Positions 50,470-59,978 of a stretch of 60,199 nucleotides of DNA are shown here, in pieces. The first letter of the stretch is position 1. Every line of letters begins with the position of its first letter. The notes beneath the pieces were generated by a model that saw nothing but the letters and a program-made list of their open reading frames with translations, searched no databases and was not told the origin of the DNA. Source of the stretch: Actinomycetota bacterium (GTDB lineage Bacteria; Actinomycetota; UBA4738; HRBIN12); the NCBI GenBank assembly GCA_045805225.1, contig JBJMLQ010000003.1, positions 1 to 60,199 of the forward strand. Direction: 5' to 3'. The position numbers and the translations under genes are program-made.

Positions 50470-51425
50470 GCGCGATCCCCGTCGAGACGCCCCGCAGGTT
50501 GCTGGACATCGAGATCGACGGCACCACGGTGCGCGTTCCCCAGGGCGCGACGATCCTAGACGCGTGCCGCGCGACCGGCGTGGACACACCGACCATGTGC
50601 TACGCGGACAACCTGACGCCGATCAACGCGTGCCGTGTGTGCGTCGTCGAGGTCGAGGGATCGCGTGTGCTCGTGCCGGCGTGTTCGCGCACGGCGGAGC
50701 CCGGGATGAAGATCTCGACCGATACCGAGCGCGTGCGCCATTCCCGAACGTTGGTGATGGAGTTCCTCGGCTCGAGCGTCGACACGTCGCTCGCCGACGC
50801 GGACTGGCACCGCTGGCAGGACGAATACGACGCGCACCCCGAGCGGTTCGGCGCCGCGATGGAGCCGATGCCGCCGGGAGAGCGCGATGGCCGCGAGCCG
50901 GGTCATCATCACGACCCGGACCCGACGATCGCGGAGACCGTCGAGCAGCCGGTCAAGGTCGACAACGACCTGTATGTGCGCGATTACGGGCGGTGCGTGC
51001 TCTGCTACAAGTGCGTCGAGGCATGCGGCACGGATGCGCAGCACACGTTCGCGATCGCGGTCGCAGGGCGGGGGTTCGATGCGCGGATCTCGACGGAGTA
51101 CGCGGTGCCGCTCGATGCGAGCGCGTGCGTGTATTGCGGCAACTGCATCGGCGTCTGCCCAACCGGCGCGCTGATGTTCAAGAGCGAACACGACATGCGT
51201 GACGCCGGCACGTGGGACGAGTCCGCGCAGACCGTGACCAACACGATCTGTCCGTACTGCGGCGTGGGGTGTGAGCTCGAGGTGCACGTCCAGGACAACA
51301 CGATCGTGAAGGTCACCTCGCCGACCGACCAGTTCGTCACCCGCGGGCACCTGTGCGTGAAGGGCCGGTTCGGCTTCCAGTTCGTGCAGCGCCGCAAGCG
51401 CCGGGACGATGCCGCCGCTCCGTAG
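50466..51425 (+). CDS. NuoG/FdsA N-terminal-like Fe-S subunit ending in the Molybdop_Fe4S4 domain (N-terminal fragment of the FDH alpha subunit)
   Basis: ATG 50466 (ATGA overlap). The 2Fe-2S pattern is MCYADNLTPINACRVCVVEV...PAC. Two ferredoxin motifs are present, CVLCYKCVEAC and CVYCGNCIGVCP. The terminal ICPYCGVGCELEV...GHLCVKGRFG equals the FdhF N-terminal 4Fe-4S domain. Confidence 0.8.
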
Positions 51426-52017
51426 CGGCATCGTGCTCGCCGGCGGACGCTCGACCCGGTTCGGCTCGGACAAGCTCGGCGCGTCGCTGGACGGCATCCC
51501 GCTGGTGCGCCGCGCCGTGGACGCGCTCGCCGCCGTCACCACCAGCGTGATCGTGGTGGTGCCGCCGGGTGTCGAGCGAGACGACCTGCCCGGCGACGTC
51601 ACGGTCGCGCACGACCTCCAGGAGGGCGAGGGCCCGCTGGCGGGACTGCATACGGGGCTGCTGGCCGCCGTGCGGACCGACCAGGTCGTCGTCGCGGGCG
51701 GCGACATGCCCGCGTTGCAACCGTCGGTCCTGCGGCTGCTGCTCGACACGTTGGACGAGGCATCGGTCGACGCGTCGGCGCTCGCCGACGGTGACCACCC
51801 TCGTCCGCTCCCGATGGCGCTTCGCACCTGGCCGGCCGCGGACGCCGTGCACACGCTTCTGCACGCCGGACGCCGCCGGTTGCGCGACGTGCTCGACGCA
51901 TCGCGGACGGCCGTGATCGATGAGGAGACGTGGACGGCGCTCGACCCAGGGCGCTTGACGCTTCGCGACGTCGACGAGCCCGGCGACCTCGACGGGGCCG
52001 GCGACCGCTCGGGGTAG
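51409..52017 (+). CDS. mobA: Molybdenum cofactor guanylyltransferase MobA
   Basis: MPPLRSGIVLAGGRSTRFGSDK...AGGDMP is the MobA-like NTP-transferase pattern. It overlaps the preceding gene by 17 nt and sits in the FDH operon context. Confidence 0.75.
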   Translation: MPPLRSGIVLAGGRSTRFGSDKLGASLDGIPLVRRAVDALAAVTTSVIVVVPPGVERDDLPGDVTVAHDLQEGEGPLAGLHTGLLAAVRTDQVVVAGGDMPALQPSVLRLLLDTLDEASVDASALADGDHPRPLPMALRTWPAADAVHTLLHAGRRRLRDVLDASRTAVIDEETWTALDPGRLTLRDVDEPGDLDGAGDRSG

Positions 52018-52028
52018 GCTCCGGGGCC

Positions 52029-52841
52029 ATGACGCACGTGTCGCCCGCGCACGTGGGCCGGTTCGAGGTTCGGACGGTCTGCGAGGGCTTCGCGCCGCTG
52101 CCGACCGCCGAGGAGTTCCCCGGCGTCCCCGTCGATTGGGCCGCGGAGCGACGCGCGTATCCCTGGGCCTATCACGGCTCGGACGGGTGGGCGTGGCACG
52201 TGCATGCGTTCGTCGTCGAGACGCCCGGCGCGACGGTGGTCGTCGACACCGGAGCGGGGCCTTTCGGTCCCTACCGGCCGTGGGAGCACTGGAGCGCCGA
52301 CGCGTGGGCGAAGGTGGATCTCGCGGACGTTTCCCACGTCGCGCTCACGCACCTGCACGCCGACCACGCGGGCGGGGTCGAGGCCGCCGAGCTCGTGCCG
52401 CGGTTCCCCAACGCGGCCTATCACCTGCACCCGTCGGACCTCCGTGCCTTCGAGGGGGCGCGCGACGACGCCTACGTCGCGATCCGCCCCGCGCAGCGGC
52501 TCGAGTCGCTCGGCGTCTTGCGCACAGACGGCACGAACCATGACGTCGTGCCGGGCGTGCGGCTGATCCACGCGCCCGGCCACACGCCGGGCCACCGCGC
52601 CGTGCTGCTGACCGACCGCGACGAAGGGCTCCTGCTGACCGGAGACCTCCTGCACCAGCCGATCCAGATCGCGGAGCGCGAATGGTTCTCCGAACACGAC
52701 GACGACCCGCTGCTCGGGGTCGCGTCGCGGCGCCTGCTGCTGTGGCGCGCCGAGTCGCACGGCTTCCGGATCGGCGTCAGCCACTTCGCCGAGCCGTTCG
52801 GATCGATCCAACGCGGCCGGTGGGTCGGCGACCCCGCCTAG
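52029..52841 (+). CDS. MBL-fold metallo-hydrolase
   Basis: ATG 52029. HxHxDH motif (LTHLHADHAGG), a later HAPGHTPGH, and a GD...H motif. Confidence 0.75.
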   Translation: MTHVSPAHVGRFEVRTVCEGFAPLPTAEEFPGVPVDWAAERRAYPWAYHGSDGWAWHVHAFVVETPGATVVVDTGAGPFGPYRPWEHWSADAWAKVDLADVSHVALTHLHADHAGGVEAAELVPRFPNAAYHLHPSDLRAFEGARDDAYVAIRPAQRLESLGVLRTDGTNHDVVPGVRLIHAPGHTPGHRAVLLTDRDEGLLLTGDLLHQPIQIAEREWFSEHDDDPLLGVASRRLLLWRAESHGFRIGVSHFAEPFGSIQRGRWVGDPA

Positions 52842-52916
52842 CACGCCTCCAGGGATCCACCCGAACCGCCGATATCGTCAGCTTCGTCGTCGATGCGCTG
52901 CGCAGGAAGGAGCGGG

Positions 52917-53861
52917 ATGCACCGGGTCGTGATCGCCCTCGGGGGCAACGCGCTGCTTCGCCGCGGCGCGCCCGACACGTATGACGAGATGTACGCCGCC
53001 GCCCGCACGGCGGCCGAGCGGATCGCCGACGTCGCCGCGGCCGGGTGGGAGGTCGTGGTCACGCACGGCAACGGGCCGCAGGTCGGCCGGATCTTGATGC
53101 AGCAGGAGGCGGCGGCCAAGCAGGTGCACCCGATGCCGCTGGACGTGTGCGGCGCCGAGAGCCAGGGGCAGATCGGCTATCTGCTCCAGGTGACGATCGG
53201 CGACGTCTTCTTCGAGCGCGGGACCGAGCGGCCCGTGGCGACGATCCTCACGCTCACCCGTGTGCGGCCCCAGGATCCCGCGTTCCGCGATCCGACGAAA
53301 TACGTCGGGCCGTATCTGACCGAGGCCCAGGCCCACCGGCGTGAGGAGCAGCGTGGATGGGCGGTCAAGGCCGACCCGCACGGGGGCTGGCGGCGGGTCG
53401 TGCCGAGCCCCAAGCCGTACTCGATCGTCGAGACGCCGGTGATCCGCCGGCTGATCGCCGACGGCGTCATCGTCATCGCGGCCGGTGGGGGCGGCGTGCC
53501 GGTGATCGAGAAAGGGCCGCGCCTGATCGGCAAGGAGGGCGTCGTCGACAAGGATCTGGCGGCGGCGATCCTCGCGCGCGAGGTCGACGCCGAGGTCCTG
53601 CTGATCCTCACCGACGTGCCACGCGTCCAGCGAGGCTTCGGCTCGTTGATGCCCGAGGACATCGAGCGCATGGACGTCGCGGAGGCGCGCCGGCTCCTCA
53701 AGCGCGGCGAGTTCGGCAGGGGATCGATGGGGCCGAAGGTGGAGGCCGCGGCGCACTTCGTGGGCGAGGGCGGGGGCAGGGCCGTGATCGCCGATCTCGC
53801 CGACGCGACCGAGGCGCTCGCCGGCACGGCCGGCACGGAGATCGTCGCGGGCGGCGCTTAG
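52917..53861 (+). CDS. arcC: Carbamate kinase
   Basis: AGGAAGGAG RBS before ATG 52917. VIALGGNALL...VVTHGNGPQVG...GGGGVPV...DKDLAAA are present. Confidence 0.85.
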   Translation: MHRVVIALGGNALLRRGAPDTYDEMYAAARTAAERIADVAAAGWEVVVTHGNGPQVGRILMQQEAAAKQVHPMPLDVCGAESQGQIGYLLQVTIGDVFFERGTERPVATILTLTRVRPQDPAFRDPTKYVGPYLTEAQAHRREEQRGWAVKADPHGGWRRVVPSPKPYSIVETPVIRRLIADGVIVIAAGGGGVPVIEKGPRLIGKEGVVDKDLAAAILAREVDAEVLLILTDVPRVQRGFGSLMPEDIERMDVAEARRLLKRGEFGRGSMGPKVEAAAHFVGEGGGRAVIADLADATEALAGTAGTEIVAGGA

Positions 53862-54007
53862 CGTCGGTCGGAGCGGCCGGGGTTGCGGAACTGTTGCCCG
53901 ACCACGTACAGCGCGAAGACTCCGACGAGCACCGCGAGCACGGTCAGGCCGAACAGGAAGATCCCCTCGAGGAGCCCGATGTGGTCGGGAACCAGTCGCG
54001 CCAGCAC
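53858..54007 (-). CDS. Possible small membrane peptide (49 aa)
   Basis: GTG 54007. VLARLVPDHIGLLEGIFLFGLTVLAVLVGVFALYVVGQQFRNPGRSDRR has one TM helix and a basic tail. No clear RBS is visible. The rest of the 224-aa ORF is antisense to pfk. Confidence 0.2.
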   Translation of the reverse strand: MLARLVPDHIGLLEGIFLFGLTVLAVLVGVFALYVVGQQFRNPGRSDRR

Positions 54008-54071
54008 GTCGACATGGTACCGGCCGCCGCCGGCTCCCTGCGCGCCGGCGGACGACCGGTAGGGTGCCTGC

Positions 54072-55097
54072 ATGCGCTTGGGTGTGCTCACCGGCGGCGG
54101 CGATTGCCCCGGGCTGAACGCGGTGATCCGCGCGATCGTCCGCACGGGCGCCAAGCGCGACGTCACGTTCGTGGGGTTCCGGGAGGGCTGGCGTGGCGTC
54201 CTCGACGATGAGGTCAGCGTGCTGGACCCCCTCACGGCTCGCGGCATCCTGCACAAGGGCGGCACGATCCTCGGGAGCTCGGGCGTCGATCCGCTCCGAG
54301 CCGAGCAGGGTCCCGACCGCGTGCGCGCCGCGATGGAGCGGCACGGGCTCGACGGGCTGGTCGCGATCGGCGGCGAGGGGACGCTCGGGGCCGGCGCCGC
54401 GCTCTCCGACCTGGGGATCCCGGTGATCGGCGTGCCGAAGACGATCGACAACGACCTGCCCGGAACCGACGTCACGGTCGGGTTCCACACGGCGGTCCAG
54501 GTCGCGAGCGACGCCATCGACCGGCTCCACACGACGGCGGAGTCGCACGACCGCGTGATGGTGATCGAGGTGATGGGGCGCCACGCAGGCTGGATCGCGC
54601 TCTACGCGGCGCTCACCGGCGGCGCCGACATGTTGCTCATCCCCGAGAAGCCGTTCGACATCGAGGATGCGTGCGCGCATCTGCGGCATCGGCACATGAA
54701 CGACGCGTCCTTCTCGATCGTCGTCGTGGCCGAGGGTGCAGAGCCCGAGCCCGGGACGATGCCGCATCCCGACTACCCGCTCGACGAGAACGGGTACCCG
54801 CGCCTCGGCGGTATCTCCAACATGGTGGCGCCCGAGATCGAGAAGCGGACCGGCTTCGCGACCCGGGTGACGATCCTCGGGCACCTGCAACGGGGGGGCA
54901 CCCCGGTGGCGTTCGACCGGATGCTCGGAACGCGGTTCGGGATCGCGGCGGTCGAGCTGGCGGCCGCCGGCGGGTGGGGGCGGATGGTTTCGCGCAAGGG
55001 CCAGGACATCGCCGACGTGCCGCTCGCCGAGGCGACGGGGGCTCGGCGGGTCGTCCCGCAGGAGCTCTACCGCGAGGCCGAGATCTTCTTCGGATAG
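54072..55097 (+). CDS. pfkA: 6-phosphofructokinase (PfkA family, actinobacterial type)
   Basis: [41 protein letters not shown] and GHLQRGG are present. Confidence 0.85.
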   Translation: MRLGVLTGGGDCPGLNAVIRAIVRTGAKRDVTFVGFREGWRGVLDDEVSVLDPLTARGILHKGGTILGSSGVDPLRAEQGPDRVRAAMERHGLDGLVAIGGEGTLGAGAALSDLGIPVIGVPKTIDNDLPGTDVTVGFHTAVQVASDAIDRLHTTAESHDRVMVIEVMGRHAGWIALYAALTGGADMLLIPEKPFDIEDACAHLRHRHMNDASFSIVVVAEGAEPEPGTMPHPDYPLDENGYPRLGGISNMVAPEIEKRTGFATRVTILGHLQRGGTPVAFDRMLGTRFGIAAVELAAAGGWGRMVSRKGQDIADVPLAEATGARRVVPQELYREAEIFFG

Positions 55098-55119
55098 GCG
55101 GCGGCTAGACTCCCCGGTC

Positions 55120-56184
55120 ATGCCGCGGTTCCGCGTCGACCTGCGCTCCGACACCGTCTCCACACCCTCGGAGGCGATGCGCGCCGCGATGGCCACGGCC
55201 GAGGTCGGCGACGCCTGGTACGGCGACGATCCGACGGTGAACCGGCTCCAGGACCGCGCGGCCGAGCTCACGGGCAAGGAAGCGGCCCTGTACGTCGCGA
55301 CCGGCACGATGGCGAACCAGATCGGGGTGCGGCTGCATGCGTCCGGCCAGGGTCATCTCGTGGCCGCCGAGACGTCCGCGCACATCGCGACGACCGAGGT
55401 GATGACGAGCGCCGCGCTCGCCGGGCTCGCCTACCGCACCGGGCACGACCATCCGCACGGCTACATGACCGCGGCGCTCGCGGAGCGCTTGCTCGAGGCC
55501 GACGCGTACTTCGACGTCGAGGTCGTCGACGCCCTCGGGGTCGAGAACACCGTCGGCGCGCACGGAGGCACGATCTTGCCGAGCGCGGAACTGCGTTCGA
55601 TCCGTGAGGTCACGGAGCGCCATCGGGTCGGCGTCCACCTGGACGGCGCGCGGGTCTGGAACGCGGTGGCCGCCACCGGCGAGGACGTTCGTGCATGGAC
55701 CGACCACGTCGACACGATGATGTTCTGCCTGAGCAAGGGCCTCGGCGCGCCGATCGGCTCGGTGCTGTGCGGTCCGGCCGAGCTGATCCGCGAGGCGAGA
55801 CGGATCTGGATCCTCTACGGCGGCGCCTGGCGCCAGGCCGGGATCATGGCCGCCGCCGGTCTGATCGCCCTCGACACCGGTCGCGACCGGCTCGTCGAGG
55901 ACCACGTCCGAGCACGCCGGCTGGCCGAGCCGATCGCGGAGCTGCTGCCCGGCAGCGTCGATCTGGATCGCGTCGTAACGAACATGGTCTTCGTCGACAC
56001 CGACGCCGTGGGGCTTCGAACGACCGACGTGCTCGACCGTCTCGCGGCCTCAGGCGTGGGCGCCGTCCCCGTCCCGACGGGCGTCCGGATGGTCACCCAC
56101 GTCGACATCGACGACGAGGGCATCGCGACGGCGATCGACGCATGGAAGACGATCGCGGGCGATGCCCCGAAGGAGGGTTCGTGA
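55120..56184 (+). CDS. Low-specificity L-threonine aldolase (PLP-dependent, beta-eliminating lyase family)
   Basis: [11 protein letters not shown]...GDDPTVNRL...GTMANQ, with the PLP Lys in [13 protein letters not shown]. Confidence 0.8.
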   Translation: MPRFRVDLRSDTVSTPSEAMRAAMATAEVGDAWYGDDPTVNRLQDRAAELTGKEAALYVATGTMANQIGVRLHASGQGHLVAAETSAHIATTEVMTSAALAGLAYRTGHDHPHGYMTAALAERLLEADAYFDVEVVDALGVENTVGAHGGTILPSAELRSIREVTERHRVGVHLDGARVWNAVAATGEDVRAWTDHVDTMMFCLSKGLGAPIGSVLCGPAELIREARRIWILYGGAWRQAGIMAAAGLIALDTGRDRLVEDHVRARRLAEPIAELLPGSVDLDRVVTNMVFVDTDAVGLRTTDVLDRLAASGVGAVPVPTGVRMVTHVDIDDEGIATAIDAWKTIAGDAPKEGS

Positions 56185-56804
56185 GCCTGTTCCAGAAGGA
56201 CTATCCGCCCGAGATCGCCAAACGCGTCCCGCCCGGCCAAAGGCTCGTCAAGACGTGGCCGGTGCTGCATTACGGCCCGATCCCGAAGTTCGACGGCGTG
56301 AACTGGGATCTCGAGATCTCGGGCCTGGTCGAGGAGCCGTACACCCTCAGCTACGAGGAGCTCCGCGCATTGCCGACCGTCACGATCGACGCCGACATGC
56401 ATTGCGTGACCGGCTGGTCCCAGCTCGACAACGCCTGGGAGGGCGTGTCGTTCGCGACGCTTCGTGAGCGGGCGCGACCGACGTCCGAGGCGAAGTGGGT
56501 GATCGCGCATTGCGCCTACAACTACTCGTCGAACCTGTCGCTCGAGGCGATGAACGACGGCGACGTGTTGGTCGCCTGGCGTAAGGACGGCGAGGACCTC
56601 ACCCCGGAGCACGGCTGGCCGCTGCGCCTGGTGGTGCCGAGCCGCTACGCGTGGAAGAGCGCGAAGTGGCTCACCGGGCTCGAGTTCTCCGCGAAGAACA
56701 CCCGCGGGTTCTGGGAGGTCCGGGGCTACCACATCCATGCCGAGCCCTTCGCCGAGGAGCGGTACAGCTACCAGGAAGGACCGGGCGCCGAGCTCGAGCC
56801 CTGA
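56181..56804 (+). CDS. Sulfite-oxidase-like molybdopterin-dependent oxidoreductase (small, catalytic domain only)
   Basis: GGAGGG RBS before GTG 56181 (GTGA overlap). The Mo-ligand Cys lies in [30 protein letters not shown] is typical of the SUOX fold. Confidence 0.75.
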   Translation: MSLFQKDYPPEIAKRVPPGQRLVKTWPVLHYGPIPKFDGVNWDLEISGLVEEPYTLSYEELRALPTVTIDADMHCVTGWSQLDNAWEGVSFATLRERARPTSEAKWVIAHCAYNYSSNLSLEAMNDGDVLVAWRKDGEDLTPEHGWPLRLVVPSRYAWKSAKWLTGLEFSAKNTRGFWEVRGYHIHAEPFAEERYSYQEGPGAELEP

Positions 56805-56832
56805 TCGACACGGAGGGCGCGTCCGGGGGAAG

Positions 56833-57999
56833 ATGCGGGCTATGCGCGTCCGTCGGATCCTCGCCGCCATCGCCTGCCTGACCTTCGTCGTCGCGGTCGC
56901 CGCCGAGCCCATCGCGGCGCCGCAGATCGCGGCCGCAGCTACGGGGAAGACGGTCAAGATCGCGGCGGTCGGGGACATGGTCTGCTCCGGTCCGCCGAAC
57001 CGAGGTGCGGACCCGACCTCGACCGACCGCCGGTACATCCGTGGCTTCTGTCAGTACGGCAAGGTCGCGAACCTCGTCGCCAAGGGCGGGTACGACCGGT
57101 TCCTCACGCTCGGCGACCTGCAGTACTACTTCGGCGGCTACCGCGACTTCACCCGCTGGTACGATCCGACGTACGGGCGTGTGATGAACATCACGATGCC
57201 GTCGCCGGGCAACCACGAGAGCTACACGGTGGACGCGAAGGGGAACCCGTACGCGGGGTATCGGCGGTACTTCGGCGCTCGGGCGCACTGGAACACGCCG
57301 CGCGGCGGGTCGTACTCGTACAACCTCGGCGCGTGGCACATCGTGTCGCTCAACTCGCAGTGGTGTTGGAGCTATACCTCGGTGTTCGAAGGCGGCCGAT
57401 GGAACACGGTGCCGGCGTGGGGGAGCGGCTCGCCGTGGGGCTGCCACAAGGGTGACCCGATGTACGACTGGTTCGCGCGCGACCTGAAGCAGCACCAGAA
57501 CGACTGCACGCTCGTGTACTTCCACCACCCGTCGTACTTCGGGGTGGGGAGCGGCTGGCCCGGCGGGACCGGCTCGCTGGTTCACGGCGTGTATTCGCAC
57601 ACGCGGCCCCTCTACCGCGTCTTCTACCGCAACGGCGGTGACGTCGTGTTGAACGGGCACGAGCACTTCTACCAACGAACCGTCCCGATCGATCCGCTCG
57701 GCAAGGCGGACCCCGCGCACGGGTTCACCGAGTTCATCGTCGGAACCGGCGGCGACACGCTCGAGCCGATGCCGCCGGTGAGTCACCTGCCGAAGGAGAT
57801 CGCGGCGGCGAGCAACACCGCGTTCGGGATCTTGTCGATGACACTGCAGCCCCACGCGTACCGGTATCGGTTCGTCCCGGTCGCGGGGAGCCCCGGGCGC
57901 TGGGTGTACTCACCGCGCCGCGGCTACAAGATCTTCAAGAACCGCCCCGGGACCGGGCGGGTCGACTCGGGCACGGGCACCTGCCACGGCGCCCCGTAG
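56833..57999 (+). CDS. Secreted metallophosphoesterase (calcineurin-like)
   Basis: Signal peptide MRAMRVRRILAAIACLTFVVAVAA. GDMV..., GDLQYY, PGNHE and LNGHEHFYQR are metal-binding motifs. Confidence 0.7.
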   Translation: MRAMRVRRILAAIACLTFVVAVAAEPIAAPQIAAAATGKTVKIAAVGDMVCSGPPNRGADPTSTDRRYIRGFCQYGKVANLVAKGGYDRFLTLGDLQYYFGGYRDFTRWYDPTYGRVMNITMPSPGNHESYTVDAKGNPYAGYRRYFGARAHWNTPRGGSYSYNLGAWHIVSLNSQWCWSYTSVFEGGRWNTVPAWGSGSPWGCHKGDPMYDWFARDLKQHQNDCTLVYFHHPSYFGVGSGWPGGTGSLVHGVYSHTRPLYRVFYRNGGDVVLNGHEHFYQRTVPIDPLGKADPAHGFTEFIVGTGGDTLEPMPPVSHLPKEIAAASNTAFGILSMTLQPHAYRYRFVPVAGSPGRWVYSPRRGYKIFKNRPGTGRVDSGTGTCHGAP

Positions 58000-59901
58000 T
58001 CACGCGACGAACAGGGTGATGGTGTCCCCGGCATGCACCGTCGTGCCCGCGGCCGGATTCTGCGAGATGACGGTCGTTTGGGGCGTGTTGGGCACGTCGA
58101 AGAAGGTGACGTTCAGCCCGTAGTCCCGCGCCTTGGCCTCCGCGTCCTTCGGCGAGAGCCCGGTCAGCGACGGAACCGGGAAGGTCTGCGGTCCGAGCGA
58201 CACCGTCAGCGTGACGGACGATCCGTACGCGGTCTTCGACGCCTCGCTCGGATCCACCGAGATGACCTGGCCGCGCGCGATGTCGTTGGAGTACTCGGTG
58301 TGAACCACCGGGACGAACCCGGCCGCTCGCAGCGACTTCTCCGCGGCATGCTGGCTCGTGCCGATCACGGCGGGGATCGCAACCGGCGCGTGGCCCTTGC
58401 TGACCCAGAGATCCACGGCCGAGCCCTGCGGCGCTTTGACGCCGGCGGGAGACTGCCGAACGACCGAGCCCTGCGCGACCGTGTCGTCGTAGACCTGCCT
58501 GACGTCACCCCGCGTCAGTCCCGTGCTCTGGAGCGTCGCGGTTGCCTTGTCGAGCGTCATGCCGGTGAGATCCGGGACCAGGACCGGTGGCGGCCCGAGC
58601 GATGGGACGAGCGTGACGGTGGAGCCCTCTCGGAGGCTCGTGCCCTCGACGGGATCGACGCTCAACACCGTGCCCTTCGGCTCGTCGTTGTATCGGCCCT
58701 CGGCGACCACGACGGTGAAGCCGAGGTCGTTGAGCTTCCTGCCGGCGTCCTGCACCGTCGCACCCACCACCGTGGGCACGTCGTGGCTGTGCGGGACGAC
58801 ATAGGTCCACGCTCCCCATGCCGCGGCGGCGATCACCGCGATCGCGAGCAGGACGACCAGCACGCGCCGGCCACGGCGACGTCGCTTGTGCGCGCCGGGC
58901 TGGGGGATCGTCTGCGTGATCGCCGCGCCTGCCGGCACGCCGGGCATCGCGGCCGTGTCCTCACCGCTCGCGCCGCCTTCGTGCACGATCCGCGGGACGT
59001 CCGCGACAAGCGACGCCAGCGTGCGCGCGCGCTCGAGCTGTGGTGCGATCGTCATCAGGTCGCGCCGCATGGCCGCGGCCGACTCCGGACGCATCTCACG
59101 GTCGGGGTCCGTCGCGCTCGCGATGAACCCGTCGAGGTCCGTCGGGACGTCCGCCCCCGCGGCGGACGGCGCGGGGACCCGGTCGGACAGATGCTTGTAG
59201 GCGATCGCCATCGGCGTCTCGCCGGTGAACGGCAACCGGTCGGTCAGCAGCTCGTATCCGACGATGCCGAGCGCATACAGGTCCGACCGCGGGTCCGCGG
59301 GTTCGCCTCGGATCTGCTCCGGAGACAGGTACTGGACGGTGCCGGTCACCGCGCCCGCCCGCGTGCTCTTCGCGTCGGCGAAGGCGCGCGCGAGGCCGAG
59401 GTCGGTGAGCTTCACCACGCCGTCGGTCGTGATCAGGATGTTCTCGGGCTTGAGGTCTCGATGGACGATGCCCTTGGCGTGCGCGTGCTCGAGAGCCGCA
59501 AGGGTCTGGTCGAGCACCGCGGCCGCCTGCGCCGGTGCGAGGGCGCCCCGGGCGTTCAAGATCTCGCGCACCGACCGGCCGTGCACGTACTCCATCACCA
59601 TGTAGTAGATGCCGTCGACGGCGCCCCAGTCGTAGACCGTGACGATGTTCGGATGGTTGAGCGTCGCGGCGGCCCGCGCCTCGCGGCGGAACCGGTCGAC
59701 GAACCCCTGATCTCCCGACAGCGACCGGTGAAGCACCTTGATGGCGACCTCGCGGGCCAGCACCGCGTCGTGGGCCAGGTACACCTCGCCCATGCCGCCG
59801 ACGGCGATGCGCCCGGTGATGTGGTACCGACCGTCAAGCGTGACCAGGGCGTCCGCGCGCGCGGCAGCGGTCGCCTCGGCCTGTGTCATGCTCTTGGACA
59901 T
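58000..59901 (-). CDS. Ser/Thr protein kinase with four extracellular PASTA domains (PknB-like)
   Basis: Kinase subdomains are GGMGEVY, VAIKVL, HRDLKPENIL, DLGLA and YLSPEQ. It has one TM helix (VLVVLLAIAVIAAAAWGAW) and four PASTA repeats of about 65 aa. The start is ATG 59901 or 59889. Confidence 0.85.
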   Translation of the reverse strand: MSKSMTQAEATAAARADALVTLDGRYHITGRIAVGGMGEVYLAHDAVLAREVAIKVLHRSLSGDQGFVDRFRREARAAATLNHPNIVTVYDWGAVDGIYYMVMEYVHGRSVREILNARGALAPAQAAAVLDQTLAALEHAHAKGIVHRDLKPENILITTDGVVKLTDLGLARAFADAKSTRAGAVTGTVQYLSPEQIRGEPADPRSDLYALGIVGYELLTDRLPFTGETPMAIAYKHLSDRVPAPSAAGADVPTDLDGFIASATDPDREMRPESAAAMRRDLMTIAPQLERARTLASLVADVPRIVHEGGASGEDTAAMPGVPAGAAITQTIPQPGAHKRRRRGRRVLVVLLAIAVIAAAAWGAWTYVVPHSHDVPTVVGATVQDAGRKLNDLGFTVVVAEGRYNDEPKGTVLSVDPVEGTSLREGSTVTLVPSLGPPPVLVPDLTGMTLDKATATLQSTGLTRGDVRQVYDDTVAQGSVVRQSPAGVKAPQGSAVDLWVSKGHAPVAIPAVIGTSQHAAEKSLRAAGFVPVVHTEYSNDIARGQVISVDPSEASKTAYGSSVTLTVSLGPQTFPVPSLTGLSPKDAEAKARDYGLNVTFFDVPNTPQTTVISQNPAAGTTVHAGDTITLFVA

Positions 59902-59978
59902 CGAACTCCCATCGGGGAAGCGCTCGACAGCAACGGGAGCGCGTCGCAGGCATCCTAGACCGGAGGAACGCCCCAATC

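Noticed and set aside
51409-52017. MobA-like NTP-transferase as the missing HddC (heptose-1-phosphate guanylyltransferase)
   Set aside because: The motif LAGGRSTRFGSDK, the roughly 200-aa size and the position overlapping the FDH operon fit MobA (Moco guanylylation). It is 21 kb from the heptose genes. There is no sugar-nucleotidyltransferase C-terminal features.
54072-55097. Assigning the phosphofructokinase as PPi-dependent versus ATP-dependent
   Set aside because: The diagnostic positions are mixed: GGEGT is Gly-type (ATP-like) while PKTIDND is Lys-type (PPi-like). Some actinobacterial ATP-PFKs show the same mix, so the phosphoryl donor cannot be called from sequence alone.
50556-55307. 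Long minus-strand ORFs (50556-52844, 762 aa; 52878-55307, 809 aa) and similar ones at 33396-35402 and 46575-48158
   Set aside because: They are antisense shadows of well-supported plus-strand genes (FDH Fe-S subunit, mobA, MBL, carbamate kinase, pfk, ArsA-like, FDH catalytic subunit). Their composition is Arg/Gly/Pro-rich with no domain signatures.
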